Below are positions 1-8,935 of a stretch of DNA of 19,123 nt, in pieces (position 1 is the stretch's first letter; the number at the start of each line of letters is the position of its first letter). Origin of the DNA: a virus. The stretch lies in UHGV virus genome UHGV-0246749; one strand, given 5' to 3'. Position numbers and translations under genes: made by a program. The notes beneath the pieces were generated by a model, which was not told the origin of the DNA, did no database searches, and saw only the letters and a program-made list of their open reading frames with translations.

Positions 1-9
1 CTGGATTTT

Positions 10-432
10 ATGAATCAGGAAGTAGTCAAAAACGCTAATATGCATCCATCTGGGGTGGGTGTGGGTAGTGACTTTAATCCTGTGTATTCTGGTGACCCTA
101 ATAAACCGAATATGATTAACGAAGGATGGAGTAGAATTTTTAGTTCAATGGGTGAATTGTTTAACAATGCCACAATGAATATTGCAAGATTCAATCATCC
201 AGAATTAATTACCATGAAACAGGATGCATCATTAACGAGCACTGACATCCAAAATCTAAGAGATGAAATTAGTGCTTTGAGTAAGCGTATTCAGGAGCCA
301 GTGAAAGTTTCACTTGGTGGTGAAGTTGCCATTAAACCAGATGAAACCAGCTTTATGACCTTTAGCAGTAGTATCTACGACAAATATTCAGAAACTATGC
401 TACTAAGTTCATCATTCCCAGAAGATGATTGA
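10..432 (+). CDS. Hypothetical protein, AT-rich gene; may be the C-terminal part of a longer ORF since no stop occurs in frame between position 1 and the ATG at 10
   Basis: 140-aa ORF in the six-frame track; no motif recognised; AT-rich by eye like the rest of 1-3000. Confidence 0.4.
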   Translation: MNQEVVKNANMHPSGVGVGSDFNPVYSGDPNKPNMINEGWSRIFSSMGELFNNATMNIARFNHPELITMKQDASLTSTDIQNLRDEISALSKRIQEPVKVSLGGEVAIKPDETSFMTFSSSIYDKYSETMLLSSSFPEDD

Positions 433-588
433 TTTAACGGTGTTCTACGTGAATAAAGCAAAGTTAATACCCGCACTGAAAAATAGAATTTACGTACAAC
501 ACGCTTAACAGAGAAAATACTTATATATCAAAGGCTTGGTTAAAAATGATTAAAATACACTAAGCCTTTGAAATCAAAGGAGAATTTA

Positions 589-1362
589 ATGATTTACACT
601 AATCAGCTTCGTTACACTGGCAAAGATGGCGTTTACTTTCATCTACAAGGCCAGCCAGATAATTTCTTGTCACTATCAGCTACTGAGAACATGGAATTTG
701 ACAGCCCTATGATGGTGACCACTCAAAATATGCAATCAGGGCAGACTGTAACAGATAATGTAATGCGTTCACCAAGAACTATTTCAATTAGTGGTGTGGT
801 TGTGGTTGGTGAATCCGGTAGTACCCTTATCTCACGAGATAATAAGCTGGTGGAGAACTTCATCGACACCCTTGAAACTTGGAGAGACCAGAAACAAATT
901 ATTTCAGTGATTTGTAAAGATGGTATCAAGATTGATGACTCAATTATTACCAACTTTAAAGCCTCTAAAGATGTTACTATCTCTAACGGTCTTAGAATCC
1001 AGCTAACTTTTCAGGAAATTAACTTTAAAGCTATTGTAGGGCAAACTGATATTTCAGCAGCCACTGGCAAAACGGCTACCACAAATGATGGCGGTGCTAC
1101 TTCTAAGAAGAATACTGGCAACACTACGACAAGCTTGGGTAATGGTATGTTGCTGTGTCAGGAGCTATATAATCGCTCTACGAGTGAACTTACTAATGAG
1201 CAACTTCAAGCCCGTATCAATTGTGGTAAAAGTGTCAGAGTTGAGAATGGAAAAAGCACCTTCTCAGATGCCGCTAATGAGCAAGCTTCGAAAGTGCTTA
1301 ATAATGCTGGTGCAGGTAATGTTTTGAAGAGGCTGTCTATTAATCCTAACAAGCGCTACTGA
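589..1362 (+). CDS. Hypothetical Ser/Thr/Asn/Gly-rich protein (cargo of the serine-recombinase element)
   Basis: Track ORF 568-1362; I prefer the ATG at 589, which sits after 'aaaggag' at good spacing. No recognisable domain. Converges on the recombinase gene with a 14-nt gap. Confidence 0.5.
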   Translation: MIYTNQLRYTGKDGVYFHLQGQPDNFLSLSATENMEFDSPMMVTTQNMQSGQTVTDNVMRSPRTISISGVVVVGESGSTLISRDNKLVENFIDTLETWRDQKQIISVICKDGIKIDDSIITNFKASKDVTISNGLRIQLTFQEINFKAIVGQTDISAATGKTATTNDGGATSKKNTGNTTTSLGNGMLLCQELYNRSTSELTNEQLQARINCGKSVRVENGKSTFSDAANEQASKVLNNAGAGNVLKRLSINPNKRY

Positions 1363-1376
1363 CGATAGAAGCTCAA

Positions 1377-2900
1377 CTATATGATAACCTCATCAACATC
1401 TATCAACCCCCTCTCAGTGACTTCAGAAAGCGACTGTATAGCCTCTGTAACGTCCTCTGAGGGGTTTTCTGTTATTGGTAGGTCAATTAACCTACCGTTG
1501 TGAAAAGTCACTTTACAGCGACGTTTAGCAGTATTTAAAACGACCTCTTTAACAGCACTTCTAATAATCAGTTGTGCTTCAATCCTTCCCGCCTTTGTAG
1601 TCAAGTCACAATCAGACAAACAACCAACATCAATAGATTTAAGGCGTTGTGTCTCCTTCTCGATATCCGCATCAACCTGTGATAGCTCACCTTTTAACTG
1701 CTTTAGTTTGATGGTAATAGCTGACAAATCTTCAATTTCAAGTGATAGCTGTACCAGCTTTTCAATATTGCTTGAGATGTGTTCACGGTGTAGCTTCAAT
1801 GTATCAATGACATTCGTCATATCGCTATCAAATCGGTCAAGACGAGATAGCAGGGTAAGTAATGTACCATCGGTTTGCTTACGTGACAGCCCTTTAGCAC
1901 TACAACGGTTTTCATTACGAAGAGGACAACGATAAATCCCGCTTCTTGTATCGCTAAAGCCTGTGATAATCAGAGCATGACCACATTCAGAACAACGGAT
2001 AACACCTTTAAAGAGATTCACACTCAATGGTTTATCTGAAACAGACCTCTTTCCATAACGAGAATGTGATAGTTGTTGAACTTTGTAGAATGTTGTTTCA
2101 TCTATAATTGCAGGATAATAACCAGATATCTCTTCACAGCCTTTCGGGGTAAAGTATCCAATTACAGAGCGATTCTTCAAAAGGTCTTGCACTGAGGTTT
2201 GACCAAACTTACCCGGCTTGTATTGGTTCATCGACCGGTGACCTTCAGCATTAAGAGTTCTGACAATCTCCCAGATAGACTTACCCTCTAACCGTAGCTG
2301 AAAGCACCTCTTCACAGTTTCTACCTTCTCAGGTATTACAGAGAAGCTTTTACGGTCATCATTAAGCTTAAGCCATGCAGGACAACGTTTAGAAACTTTG
2401 ATACCAGCTTTAGCAGCCTCTTTCTTGGCATCCCATGCAGCCTGTATACGCTCAGCCTTACGTAATGATTCCTCATGCGCCCTTTGCATTATCAAAATGC
2501 TTTTAATCAGAGCTAGCGGGTCTTTAAGAGATTCCTTTGTGTAATGTTCACCATCGGACAGGGTGACTACATCTACACCAGCCCTTAAGATACGGCGTAA
2601 TAGCTCAGAAGCAATATCAATATCCTGACGTGACAAACGGTCTAAACTCTCGATTAGTAGCGTATCACCAGCTTTAACAAGACCTTTCTCGATAGCGGTT
2701 AAGAAGTCACCTAAGCCACCTTTCAAGTGCTTACCAGTGAACCCGCTAACGCCTAAATCACGAAAAGATAAATCTTGGTCAAGGTAGTACTCAGGATGAG
2801 CCTTAAGCCAATCTGTAACCATCTTAGATTGTCTGCGTAGTGAGTCGCCTTTGGCTTGTCGCTCAGAACTGAATCTGATGTAGCTGATTACACGTTTCAT
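1377..2900 (-). CDS. Large serine recombinase (resolvase/invertase-type N-terminal catalytic domain, recombinase domain, zinc ribbon, coiled coil)
   Basis: 507 aa; N-terminal 'VISYIRFSSERQ' fits the catalytic-serine motif of serine recombinases; Cys cluster 'CSECGH...CPLRNENRC' fits the zinc ribbon; ATG at 2900 preceded by GGTGG. AT-rich by eye. Confidence 0.85.
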   Translation of the reverse strand: MKRVISYIRFSSERQAKGDSLRRQSKMVTDWLKAHPEYYLDQDLSFRDLGVSGFTGKHLKGGLGDFLTAIEKGLVKAGDTLLIESLDRLSRQDIDIASELLRRILRAGVDVVTLSDGEHYTKESLKDPLALIKSILIMQRAHEESLRKAERIQAAWDAKKEAAKAGIKVSKRCPAWLKLNDDRKSFSVIPEKVETVKRCFQLRLEGKSIWEIVRTLNAEGHRSMNQYKPGKFGQTSVQDLLKNRSVIGYFTPKGCEEISGYYPAIIDETTFYKVQQLSHSRYGKRSVSDKPLSVNLFKGVIRCSECGHALIITGFSDTRSGIYRCPLRNENRCSAKGLSRKQTDGTLLTLLSRLDRFDSDMTNVIDTLKLHREHISSNIEKLVQLSLEIEDLSAITIKLKQLKGELSQVDADIEKETQRLKSIDVGCLSDCDLTTKAGRIEAQLIIRSAVKEVVLNTAKRRCKVTFHNGRLIDLPITENPSEDVTEAIQSLSEVTERGLIDVDEVII

Positions 2901-3001
2901 TCTTTACCACCATAAAAACTAATAGCAGTTGGGCTTGTTATGAGGATGCTTCATCCGAATCATCTACCAACCCCTAGATTGTATCGCTTTAGGTGGTGTA
3001 T

Positions 3002-3421
3002 TTAAACGTGTCTGATGAAAATCACCCGATTAACGCCGCGCTGATGTAAACCGCGATTAAGCGTTTGTTCCTCTTCCCCTTTGGCGAAAAACTGTGGATG
3101 GCGGACTTCCACACCATAATTAAATTCGCCGGGAAGGGAATCGAGAAAATGCCAAAGCGCAGGCAGATCCCGTGGGCCAAATGTGGCAGGCAGTTGCAGC
3201 CAGTATTGCCCAATGCGCGGCGCTAACGGTGACATGCGGGTCAAAAATTCAGTCACTAAATCATCGCAATGCCGTAATGCTGCCTGATGCGAAATGGTCG
3301 CCGGAAACTTAAAACAGAAGCGAAAATTATCTGTGGTCTGCTCACGCCAGCGCAGGACAACCTCGGATTTCGGCAGGGCGTAAAGCGTGGTGTTGCCCTC
3401 CACACAGTTAACATGACGGGT
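3002..3421 (-). pseudogene. yecE: Internal fragment of a DUF72-family (YecE-like) host gene, apparently truncated at both ends
   Basis: Translation 'VEGNTTLYALPK...FRFCFKFPATISHQ...GVEVRHPQFF' matches the middle of DUF72 proteins as I recall them; similarity seems to continue a few codons upstream of the GTG (HVNCVEG) and then stop near the integrase end; the ORF ends after 'GVNRVI', before the expected C-terminal third. GC content is visibly higher than in flanking DNA. Confidence 0.5.
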
Positions 3422-3445
3422 ATTAAGGATTAACTTACTGATTTT
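3404..3445. other. Approximate attL junction (host DUF72 sequence meets prophage sequence at the integrase stop)
   Basis: Host-like coding similarity is lost within about 30 nt of the integrase stop at 3430; the exact core cannot be set without attR or an empty-site sequence. Confidence 0.3.
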
Positions 3446-4743
3446 AATAAGCCTCTGGTGTCACTTTGGTGACTATGGGGCATCATTGGGACATAATCTG
3501 TCAGCTTCTGATTCAGCATTGCGATCTGTTCTGCATTGCTGTCAGTCATCCATGCTCCGTATACATTGAATACCATCTGGGCACTTGCATGGCCCATCTG
3601 GCTGGCAATGAAGCTTGGGTTTGCTCCGGCAGATAATGACCAGCACGCATAAGTGTGTCGTGACTGGTATGCCTTTCGATGCCTGATCCCTGCACGCTTA
3701 ATGGCTGTTTCCCATGAGTCACCTACAGAATCGACTTTGTAGACAAAACCTACCTGTTCGCTTTTTCTAACCACTTGAGGGTTAAACACGAAAGTACATT
3801 CATGGTTCACTGAACGTCCATATTCACGTAGTTGCACCTTGATGTTGTACTGCTTACCCAGTCTTGTCATTTCAGCCTGATTTTTCAGGACACTGATAGC
3901 GGGCTGGATAAGGTGCACAACCCTGTTTGTGCTTGCTTCAGTTTTCGGTAGAGTGAACTCACCAAGTTTCGTATAATTGCGCCTGATGGTAATTGTTCCT
4001 GCCTTCAGATCGATATCTTCCCAGGCCAGGGAGACCAGTTCACCGTGACGCATTCCTGTGTACACAGCCAATGACCACAGGTTTTTCGTCTGCTGATGTC
4101 GGCAAGCATCTATCAGGCGAATAAATTCGTCACGAGTTAGCGGATCTGGCTCTGCCCTGGCTCTTTTAAGAGGCTTAATTCCCTGGAAGGGATTTGCTTC
4201 TAAGTAACCGTGATCTGCAGCAAACTGAAACATTCCAGCGATTGTCGTCATGTAATAATTTACAGTAACGACGCTCCGTCCTTTTGCTGCTGCTTTGTTT
4301 TTCGTTGAATTCTGATACCCGGTAAGCAAATCTTTCCTGATATACAGCAATTCCTCTTTGGTTACCGATGACACCAGTCTACTGCCTCCAATTTTCGGAA
4401 CCATCGTTCTTGCAACGGATTCATAGCGATTGAATGCATTTGCAGAGATTTCCATTCGTTTCAGATCCAGCCACTTTTCTTCAAGTTCCTTCACCGTAAT
4501 TTCTTTTTTACTTACCCCAAAAGCCTGAAGGTTGGGGGAGTCAGGGAACTGTGCAGCATAATCAAAGCTTCCTGTGCGGATGGCAAAACATACTGATGTC
4601 CGCAGTTCCCCGGCGATCTTCCTGTTCTTGGCAGTGTCAGGGACACCAAGATTTTCCCTGACACGTTTACCTTTAAAATTAAACCAGATGCGTAATGTGC
4701 CGCCGTGGTTTTCGACGCCTGTTGGATATTTGACTTTATCCAT
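3430..4743 (-). CDS. int: Phage tyrosine integrase
   Basis: 437 aa; C-terminal catalytic region contains 'GMRHGEL', 'HRKAYQSRHTYACW' and 'HASAQMVFNVYGAWM', consistent with the R..H-x-x-R..Y active site; sits at the prophage end facing the att junction. Confidence 0.9.
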   Translation of the reverse strand: MDKVKYPTGVENHGGTLRIWFNFKGKRVRENLGVPDTAKNRKIAGELRTSVCFAIRTGSFDYAAQFPDSPNLQAFGVSKKEITVKELEEKWLDLKRMEISANAFNRYESVARTMVPKIGGSRLVSSVTKEELLYIRKDLLTGYQNSTKNKAAAKGRSVVTVNYYMTTIAGMFQFAADHGYLEANPFQGIKPLKRARAEPDPLTRDEFIRLIDACRHQQTKNLWSLAVYTGMRHGELVSLAWEDIDLKAGTITIRRNYTKLGEFTLPKTEASTNRVVHLIQPAISVLKNQAEMTRLGKQYNIKVQLREYGRSVNHECTFVFNPQVVRKSEQVGFVYKVDSVGDSWETAIKRAGIRHRKAYQSRHTYACWSLSAGANPSFIASQMGHASAQMVFNVYGAWMTDSNAEQIAMLNQKLTDYVPMMPHSHQSDTRGLLKSVS

Positions 4744-4798
4744 CGATACCTCCAGACGCCCAAGAGCGATACGAGCTTACATATTTCATGATATTAAA

Positions 4799-5035
4799 TC
4801 ACCTGGGTTGTTTGTTTTTCATTGAGGCGACCCAGGCATCTATTGCTTTTCTGTTATACATACATTCACTGGAAGGCTTTGGATTACCGTCTGGTGATAC
4901 GTGAATATACTCTCTTCCAACCATCCAGCATTCTTTCCGGGCCCGAAGAATTGTGCCTGGTTTGAGCCCGGTAATTGCGATAAGAACGCTTTCACAAACC
5001 CATTCATTGGGAGCCAGTTGAATCACATTGCCCAT
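4799..5035 (-). CDS. xis: Putative excisionase / recombination directionality factor
   Basis: 78-aa ORF immediately upstream of int on the same strand; the sequence resembles enterobacterial prophage excisionase-like proteins as I remember them; position is typical. Confidence 0.55.
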   Translation of the reverse strand: MGNVIQLAPNEWVCESVLIAITGLKPGTILRARKECWMVGREYIHVSPDGNPKPSSECMYNRKAIDAWVASMKNKQPR

Positions 5036-5043
5036 GTATTACC

Positions 5044-5190
5044 TCACACAACACTCAGCCCACGGCAGTGGCAACACACTTCAAACATTCGCTTCACAAC
5101 TTCACGACAGTAGAAGCCGTCAACATCTCGCGTCAGGTCATAGCGATTGCCGTAACGCTGGTGGACCCATCGTTCAAATGCTTTATTCAT
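5044..5190 (-). CDS. Small Cys-rich protein (48 aa), not in the ORF track
   Basis: My own translation: MNKAFERWVHQRYGNRYDLTRDVDGFYCREVVKRMFEVCCHCRGLSVV; ATG preceded by AGGAAG; start lies 1 nt after the upstream gene's stop, and its own stop is 8 nt from the xis start. Confidence 0.4.
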   Translation of the reverse strand: MNKAFERWVHQRYGNRYDLTRDVDGFYCREVVKRMFEVCCHCRGLSVV

Positions 5191-5193
5191 TCT

Positions 5194-5472
5194 TTACTTC
5201 CTTTTTATGGCTCGTAATTTTTTCAGGTGCTTTTCCTGCTCAGTGTCCGCGAGAATTTTGCGGTACTCCTGGTGGTCAATATGTTCGAACAGGCAGTTTA
5301 ACTCACCAATGCGTACCCGCCCTGATCGTCCGTCCATCCGTCGAAAGAACACTGAGTGCTCAGTGATGCGAGTAATCACCACGGGGTATCCGGCTCTGTC
5401 CGTGTATATCTGACCGCGTTGAATCAAAGCGAACATGTGGTTATCCCCATCGACAAATCGAGAACACAACAA
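5194..5472 (-). CDS. Hypothetical phage protein; start uncertain (track start is TTG, an internal ATG lies at 5436)
   Basis: 92-aa track ORF; no ATG upstream in frame (I traced back to a stop). Confidence 0.4.
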   Translation of the reverse strand: MLCSRFVDGDNHMFALIQRGQIYTDRAGYPVVITRITEHSVFFRRMDGRSGRVRIGELNCLFEHIDHQEYRKILADTEQEKHLKKLRAIKRK

Positions 5473-5520
5473 ACGCTGCTGCGAAGACCACCCCCAGAGT
5501 TACGATTGCATCAGGCCAGC

Positions 5521-6033
5521 TCATTGATTCACCTCCTGCCTGTCGTCCGGCATTCGCTCACTACAGCTTATCCAACCATCCGGAGTTACCGGAGAGCTGG
5601 TTGACGCTTCCGGGATTTTCCGAAAATTATTGGTTGACGAATCTTTATTTTCCCGAAAGTTTCCGGACTGAAGCATGGCTTCGCGGCAATCGTTCCAGCC
5701 TGTAGCGTATGCAGCCGCTTTGCTGCTGCCTTCAACTGGCGCATCCTGCCAATACATTTCTTCCGGCACTATCGGCGCTGGAGGGGCGGCAAATAGATAT
5801 CCGCCAAAGTCAGGAAGCTCTCTAATGGCCTGTACGAATTTTTGTTTGCCTACGTCAACTCCTAATGGGTAATGAGCTATAATCTTTGCCACCGGCTCTG
5901 CTGCCAGTGATGCCAGCGCAATCCGTGCCAGCTCTTCCGCTTCTTCTGCTGGAAGCACAACGTTGCTACCCGGTCCGTATGTTTCGCGCCACTGCTTGAT
6001 TGTCAGCAGTCGCTCTTTGGTTATAGTGGTCAT
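5521..6033 (-). CDS. Phage protein with DUF551-like C-terminal motif, possibly truncated
   Basis: 170 aa ending '...DGWISCSERMPDDRQEVNQ'; the 'W-I-x-C-x-E-R-x-P' pattern fits the start of DUF551 domains, but the ORF stops about 12 residues later. Confidence 0.55.
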   Translation of the reverse strand: MTTITKERLLTIKQWRETYGPGSNVVLPAEEAEELARIALASLAAEPVAKIIAHYPLGVDVGKQKFVQAIRELPDFGGYLFAAPPAPIVPEEMYWQDAPVEGSSKAAAYATGWNDCREAMLQSGNFRENKDSSTNNFRKIPEASTSSPVTPDGWISCSERMPDDRQEVNQ

Positions 6034-6043
6034 GTGTTACTCC

Positions 6044-6307
6044 TTAACCCGCAGTGCTTTCAACTGATGAGGGGAACAAAATCTTTTCATCAAACCCTGC
6101 ATTCATATCATGGACAGCAACACACCAATCCATCGACGAACGATTATCAAGAGCCTCCATGATTTCATCCATGCGGCGTAGGTCATACAGGTAAATGGTT
6201 TTATCGCCAATGGTGTAAAAACCAATTTTTTTTGGTGATGGACAGCGATCAAGAACGTCCTGTAATTCATTCAACCATGCCCGTTCTTTTTTTGTTAAAG
6301 TGGCCAT
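6044..6307 (-). CDS. Hypothetical phage early protein
   Basis: 87-aa ORF with ATG start, tightly packed between neighbours on the same strand. Confidence 0.5.
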   Translation of the reverse strand: MATLTKKERAWLNELQDVLDRCPSPKKIGFYTIGDKTIYLYDLRRMDEIMEALDNRSSMDWCVAVHDMNAGFDEKILFPSSVESTAG

Positions 6308-6308
6308 A

Positions 6309-6845
6309 TCACTCTCCTTTGATACGAATGTCAGCGACGCGTAATGCGTGTTCTAGGTCAATCAGGTAAAGCCAACTGCCATTTTCTTTAGGTATCATGA
6401 CTTGTCGCTCATCTGCATTTATCGGGTGTCCATATCGAAGGTCGTAGCGAGTCGGTAATTGAACTTCCCGCGCTTCCAGTTCAGCAATACGCTTGCACCC
6501 ATCAGAGATAACTCCCTCGTAATACTCGCGCTGCTCGTTGAGTTTTGATTTTGCTGCTTCAAGCTCAACGCGCAGCTTCCCAACCGTAAGCGCAATATCC
6601 TCGTTCTCCTGGTCGCGGCGTTTGATGTATTGCTGGTTTCTTTCCCGTTCATCCAGTAGTGCCAGCACGGTTTCTGGTCCGGTCAGAAATTTGAAGGCAT
6701 TGAGCGCATCAATATCCACACCGTAATCTTTAAGTTCCTGTTCACTTAACAAATCATCATCAGCTGGCAACATTAACAGGCGTTCCATTGCTGGAATTGC
6801 ACGTTCCGCCACCTCACGCAGTGACTGGTAATTAATTTCGCTCAC
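6309..6845 (-). CDS. Ea22-like protein (paralog 1)
   Basis: 178 aa; N-terminus 'MSEINYQSLREVAERA' matches the conserved N-terminus of the neighbouring paralog; GTG start overlaps the upstream stop as GTGA. Confidence 0.6.
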   Translation of the reverse strand: MSEINYQSLREVAERAIPAMERLLMLPADDDLLSEQELKDYGVDIDALNAFKFLTGPETVLALLDERERNQQYIKRRDQENEDIALTVGKLRVELEAAKSKLNEQREYYEGVISDGCKRIAELEAREVQLPTRYDLRYGHPINADERQVMIPKENGSWLYLIDLEHALRVADIRIKGE

Positions 6846-7528
6846 TGGTTGCCTCCTTTGCGAAGCTGGGCAGCAAAGTCAACTAACCACTCAGTCATTT
6901 CAACCTTCCCTACCAGGTCTGAACCAGGGTGCATACAGCAATCACTCTGCGCCGCTTTGAAATCCTTATACTCATATTCTTGGGCCACCAGATTTTTTGC
7001 AGCTTCTATAGCAGCATCCACCCCCTGCGCCCGGACTTCAGCCAGGAAAGCATCAGTGGTTGGCGTTTCAGGTATCTGTCTCCTCATCCGTTCTATTGCA
7101 TGATTGAACCCGAAGTCTTCCGCGAGAGATACGTCATCCATATTGTCATTGTCATCCTCAATATCCCGTGATTCTGGAATTGCAGACTTTATTCCCGCAT
7201 TCTCCGCTGTCAGCGCCGCGCACTTGGCCTCAAGAGCGGCAACCACTTCCTGATGGTCTTTGTACTTAACGTATGAGCCGGAGATGTCATCACCTTCGGT
7301 GTTTAGCCATGCGTCATTGCAATTCACTGCGTAGGTTCTGATGCTCATGTTGATGCTCTCCCGCCCCTGACAGACGCCAGGCCAGTCAATAAAGTATCCG
7401 CAATGCCTACCCTCAGACGTGCGCGCAGGATAAATGCCGTTATGACCCGGCAAAATATATGCTACCCATTCATCTTGCGTTGCCTGTTCCGCCGCCTCGC
7501 GCAGTGCCTGATAGTCAATCTTGCTCAC
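6842..7528 (-). CDS. Ea22-like protein (paralog 2)
   Basis: 228 aa; N-terminus 'MSKIDYQALREAAEQA'; GTG start; acidic stretch and coiled-coil-like segment. Confidence 0.6.
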   Translation of the reverse strand: MSKIDYQALREAAEQATQDEWVAYILPGHNGIYPARTSEGRHCGYFIDWPGVCQGRESINMSIRTYAVNCNDAWLNTEGDDISGSYVKYKDHQEVVAALEAKCAALTAENAGIKSAIPESRDIEDDNDNMDDVSLAEDFGFNHAIERMRRQIPETPTTDAFLAEVRAQGVDAAIEAAKNLVAQEYEYKDFKAAQSDCCMHPGSDLVGKVEMTEWLVDFAAQLRKGGNQ

Positions 7529-7853
7529 TGGCAGCCTCCTTTGCCGGGATTTCTAACTTTTGAGTGGTTGTATCAAATTCAAACAACTTAACCACGTCAT
7601 CAAACAGGACATAATCACCATCAGGATCTTCAGTCATATCTGCGCCACAATCCTGACCGCACGAGTCGCAACCATCCATATCAAGCTCGTATCGCTTCAG
7701 GTTTGCGATATTTGATAAATTCAGCGCCAGTACAGCCAGGTCATAAACCTCTTCGGCAGTGACATCGCTGTTCAGTCCCATTTCATGGCGATATATGATT
7801 TTTTCTACTCGTTGTTTTGTGATCGTCATTTTTCTCTTCACTCCGATATACAA
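7515..7853 (-). CDS. Hypothetical phage protein, start uncertain (TTG at 7853; ATG at 7829 after GGAG; ATG at 7781 one nt after the upstream stop)
   Basis: 112-aa track ORF; acidic Cys-containing C-terminal half; the choice of start changes the overlap with the upstream gene. Confidence 0.45.
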   Translation of the reverse strand: MYIGVKRKMTITKQRVEKIIYRHEMGLNSDVTAEEVYDLAVLALNLSNIANLKRYELDMDGCDSCGQDCGADMTEDPDGDYVLFDDVVKLFEFDTTTQKLEIPAKEAASEQD

Positions 7854-8100
7854 GGATTACTACACCCCCTCTGCTGATTGCGCGAGCTGGATCCCCTGGT
7901 TCCATGCCGTCAATTCCGAAGGCTTCGGAAAACGCATTCATTGCCTTCTGGCGTTCATCCTGCTTACGGCGTTTATTCCATTTTTTCAGGAACAACAGCG
8001 ACAGCCACCGTCCGCTGCAGAACACGATGTAAAAATAACCAAGGAGCGCCAGGCCGACATTCAGGGCCGTTTCTATGGTTAGTTGTGAGTCAGTTGCCAT
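7783..8100 (-). CDS. Small putative membrane protein (one hydrophobic helix followed by a basic stretch)
   Basis: N-terminal 'LNVGLALLGYFYIVFCSGRWLSLLFL' is hydrophobic, followed by 'KKWNKRRKQDERQK'; ATG start at 8100. Confidence 0.45.
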   Translation of the reverse strand: MATDSQLTIETALNVGLALLGYFYIVFCSGRWLSLLFLKKWNKRRKQDERQKAMNAFSEAFGIDGMEPGDPARAISRGGVVILVYRSEEKNDDHKTTSRKNHISP

Positions 8101-8338
8101 TTCTTACCTGTTTAAGTAACTGGTTGAACATAACACTTAGGGGATTGCTGTATCCAAACGGCAGATTGTTTACGCAGTACAGAATCGTTTTGTTTTTTTC
8201 TCCAGTTCGTACTATTAACCCATTCCACAATAACCGTGATAATTCATTACTGATAGAAGTTGCGCTTCTTCCAAGTGCGAGGGATATATCTTCTCTACTG
8301 CAATCTGGATTTTCCTGGATATACTCGATAACGGTCAT
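8090..8338 (-). CDS. Small protein with possible winged-helix fold
   Basis: Track ORF 8090-8380; I prefer the ATG at 8338 (MTVIEYIQ...), preceded by AAGGGA and clear of the upstream gene. Confidence 0.45.
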   Translation of the reverse strand: MTVIEYIQENPDCSREDISLALGRSATSISNELSRLLWNGLIVRTGEKNKTILYCVNNLPFGYSNPLSVMFNQLLKQVRNGN

Positions 8339-8348
8339 GTGGTCCCTT

Positions 8349-8930
8349 TTACTTAATATCTGTTTCGGATTGCATGCCATGAGTATTCATTTCGTTAATA
8401 ATTTCATCCAGAAGGATTTCAAGCCCTTCTCGACCCATATCTGAAAGAATGAAACCTTTATCAGGGGAAGTAGTGAGCATTTTCTGATAAAGAAACAGCG
8501 CTCTTCCCATTCCTTCAGCTTCGCCGTATTTTTGAATTAAATTCCATTCAATATACTGTTGTAAGGCAAATCGAATGGGGCCGGGATATATCGTCATAAA
8601 CCCATACATCCCGTTATATACCACGGCGTGTTCAATTGTTCCGTGTTCATTCAGGATATCAATTGTGCCGTTCTTGTCTTCTTCTTCGTTGATGAATGTC
8701 GTCACATACAACCATCGCCACTGAGCAACCTTCATCTCAACCGGAAGTTTACCCAGTAATCCTGCTTCGTCGGCTTGCGCCAGACACTGAAGGATACGTA
8801 AACCTCGCACATTAGGAGTATCGAATTCTCCGGCATCCAGACGACGTATGGCGTCGTGATAATCAATCGTCATACTGCCAGTTCGTATACCATTGGCTGT
8901 TGCTTCAGCCTGGAATTCATCGTATTGCAT
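8349..8930 (-). CDS. Hypothetical protein, 193 aa, no recognised domain
   Basis: ATG start; translationally coupled to the upstream 60-aa gene (its stop TAA lies within the GAGGAA ribosome-binding region). Confidence 0.6.
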   Translation of the reverse strand: MQYDEFQAEATANGIRTGSMTIDYHDAIRRLDAGEFDTPNVRGLRILQCLAQADEAGLLGKLPVEMKVAQWRWLYVTTFINEEEDKNGTIDILNEHGTIEHAVVYNGMYGFMTIYPGPIRFALQQYIEWNLIQKYGEAEGMGRALFLYQKMLTTSPDKGFILSDMGREGLEILLDEIINEMNTHGMQSETDIK

Positions 8931-8935
8931 GATAT

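Noticed and set aside
4512-5604. Overlapping ORFs on both strands (4512-4763, 4574-4825, 4901-5113, 5028-5366, 5207-5413, 5356-5604)
   Set aside because: They conflict with int, xis and the coupled small minus-strand genes, and have no ribosome-binding sites or recognisable features.
7759-8444. Plus-strand ORFs of 107 and 188 aa (7759-8082, 7878-8444)
   Set aside because: They run opposite to the tightly packed minus-strand early operon and overlap several of its genes.
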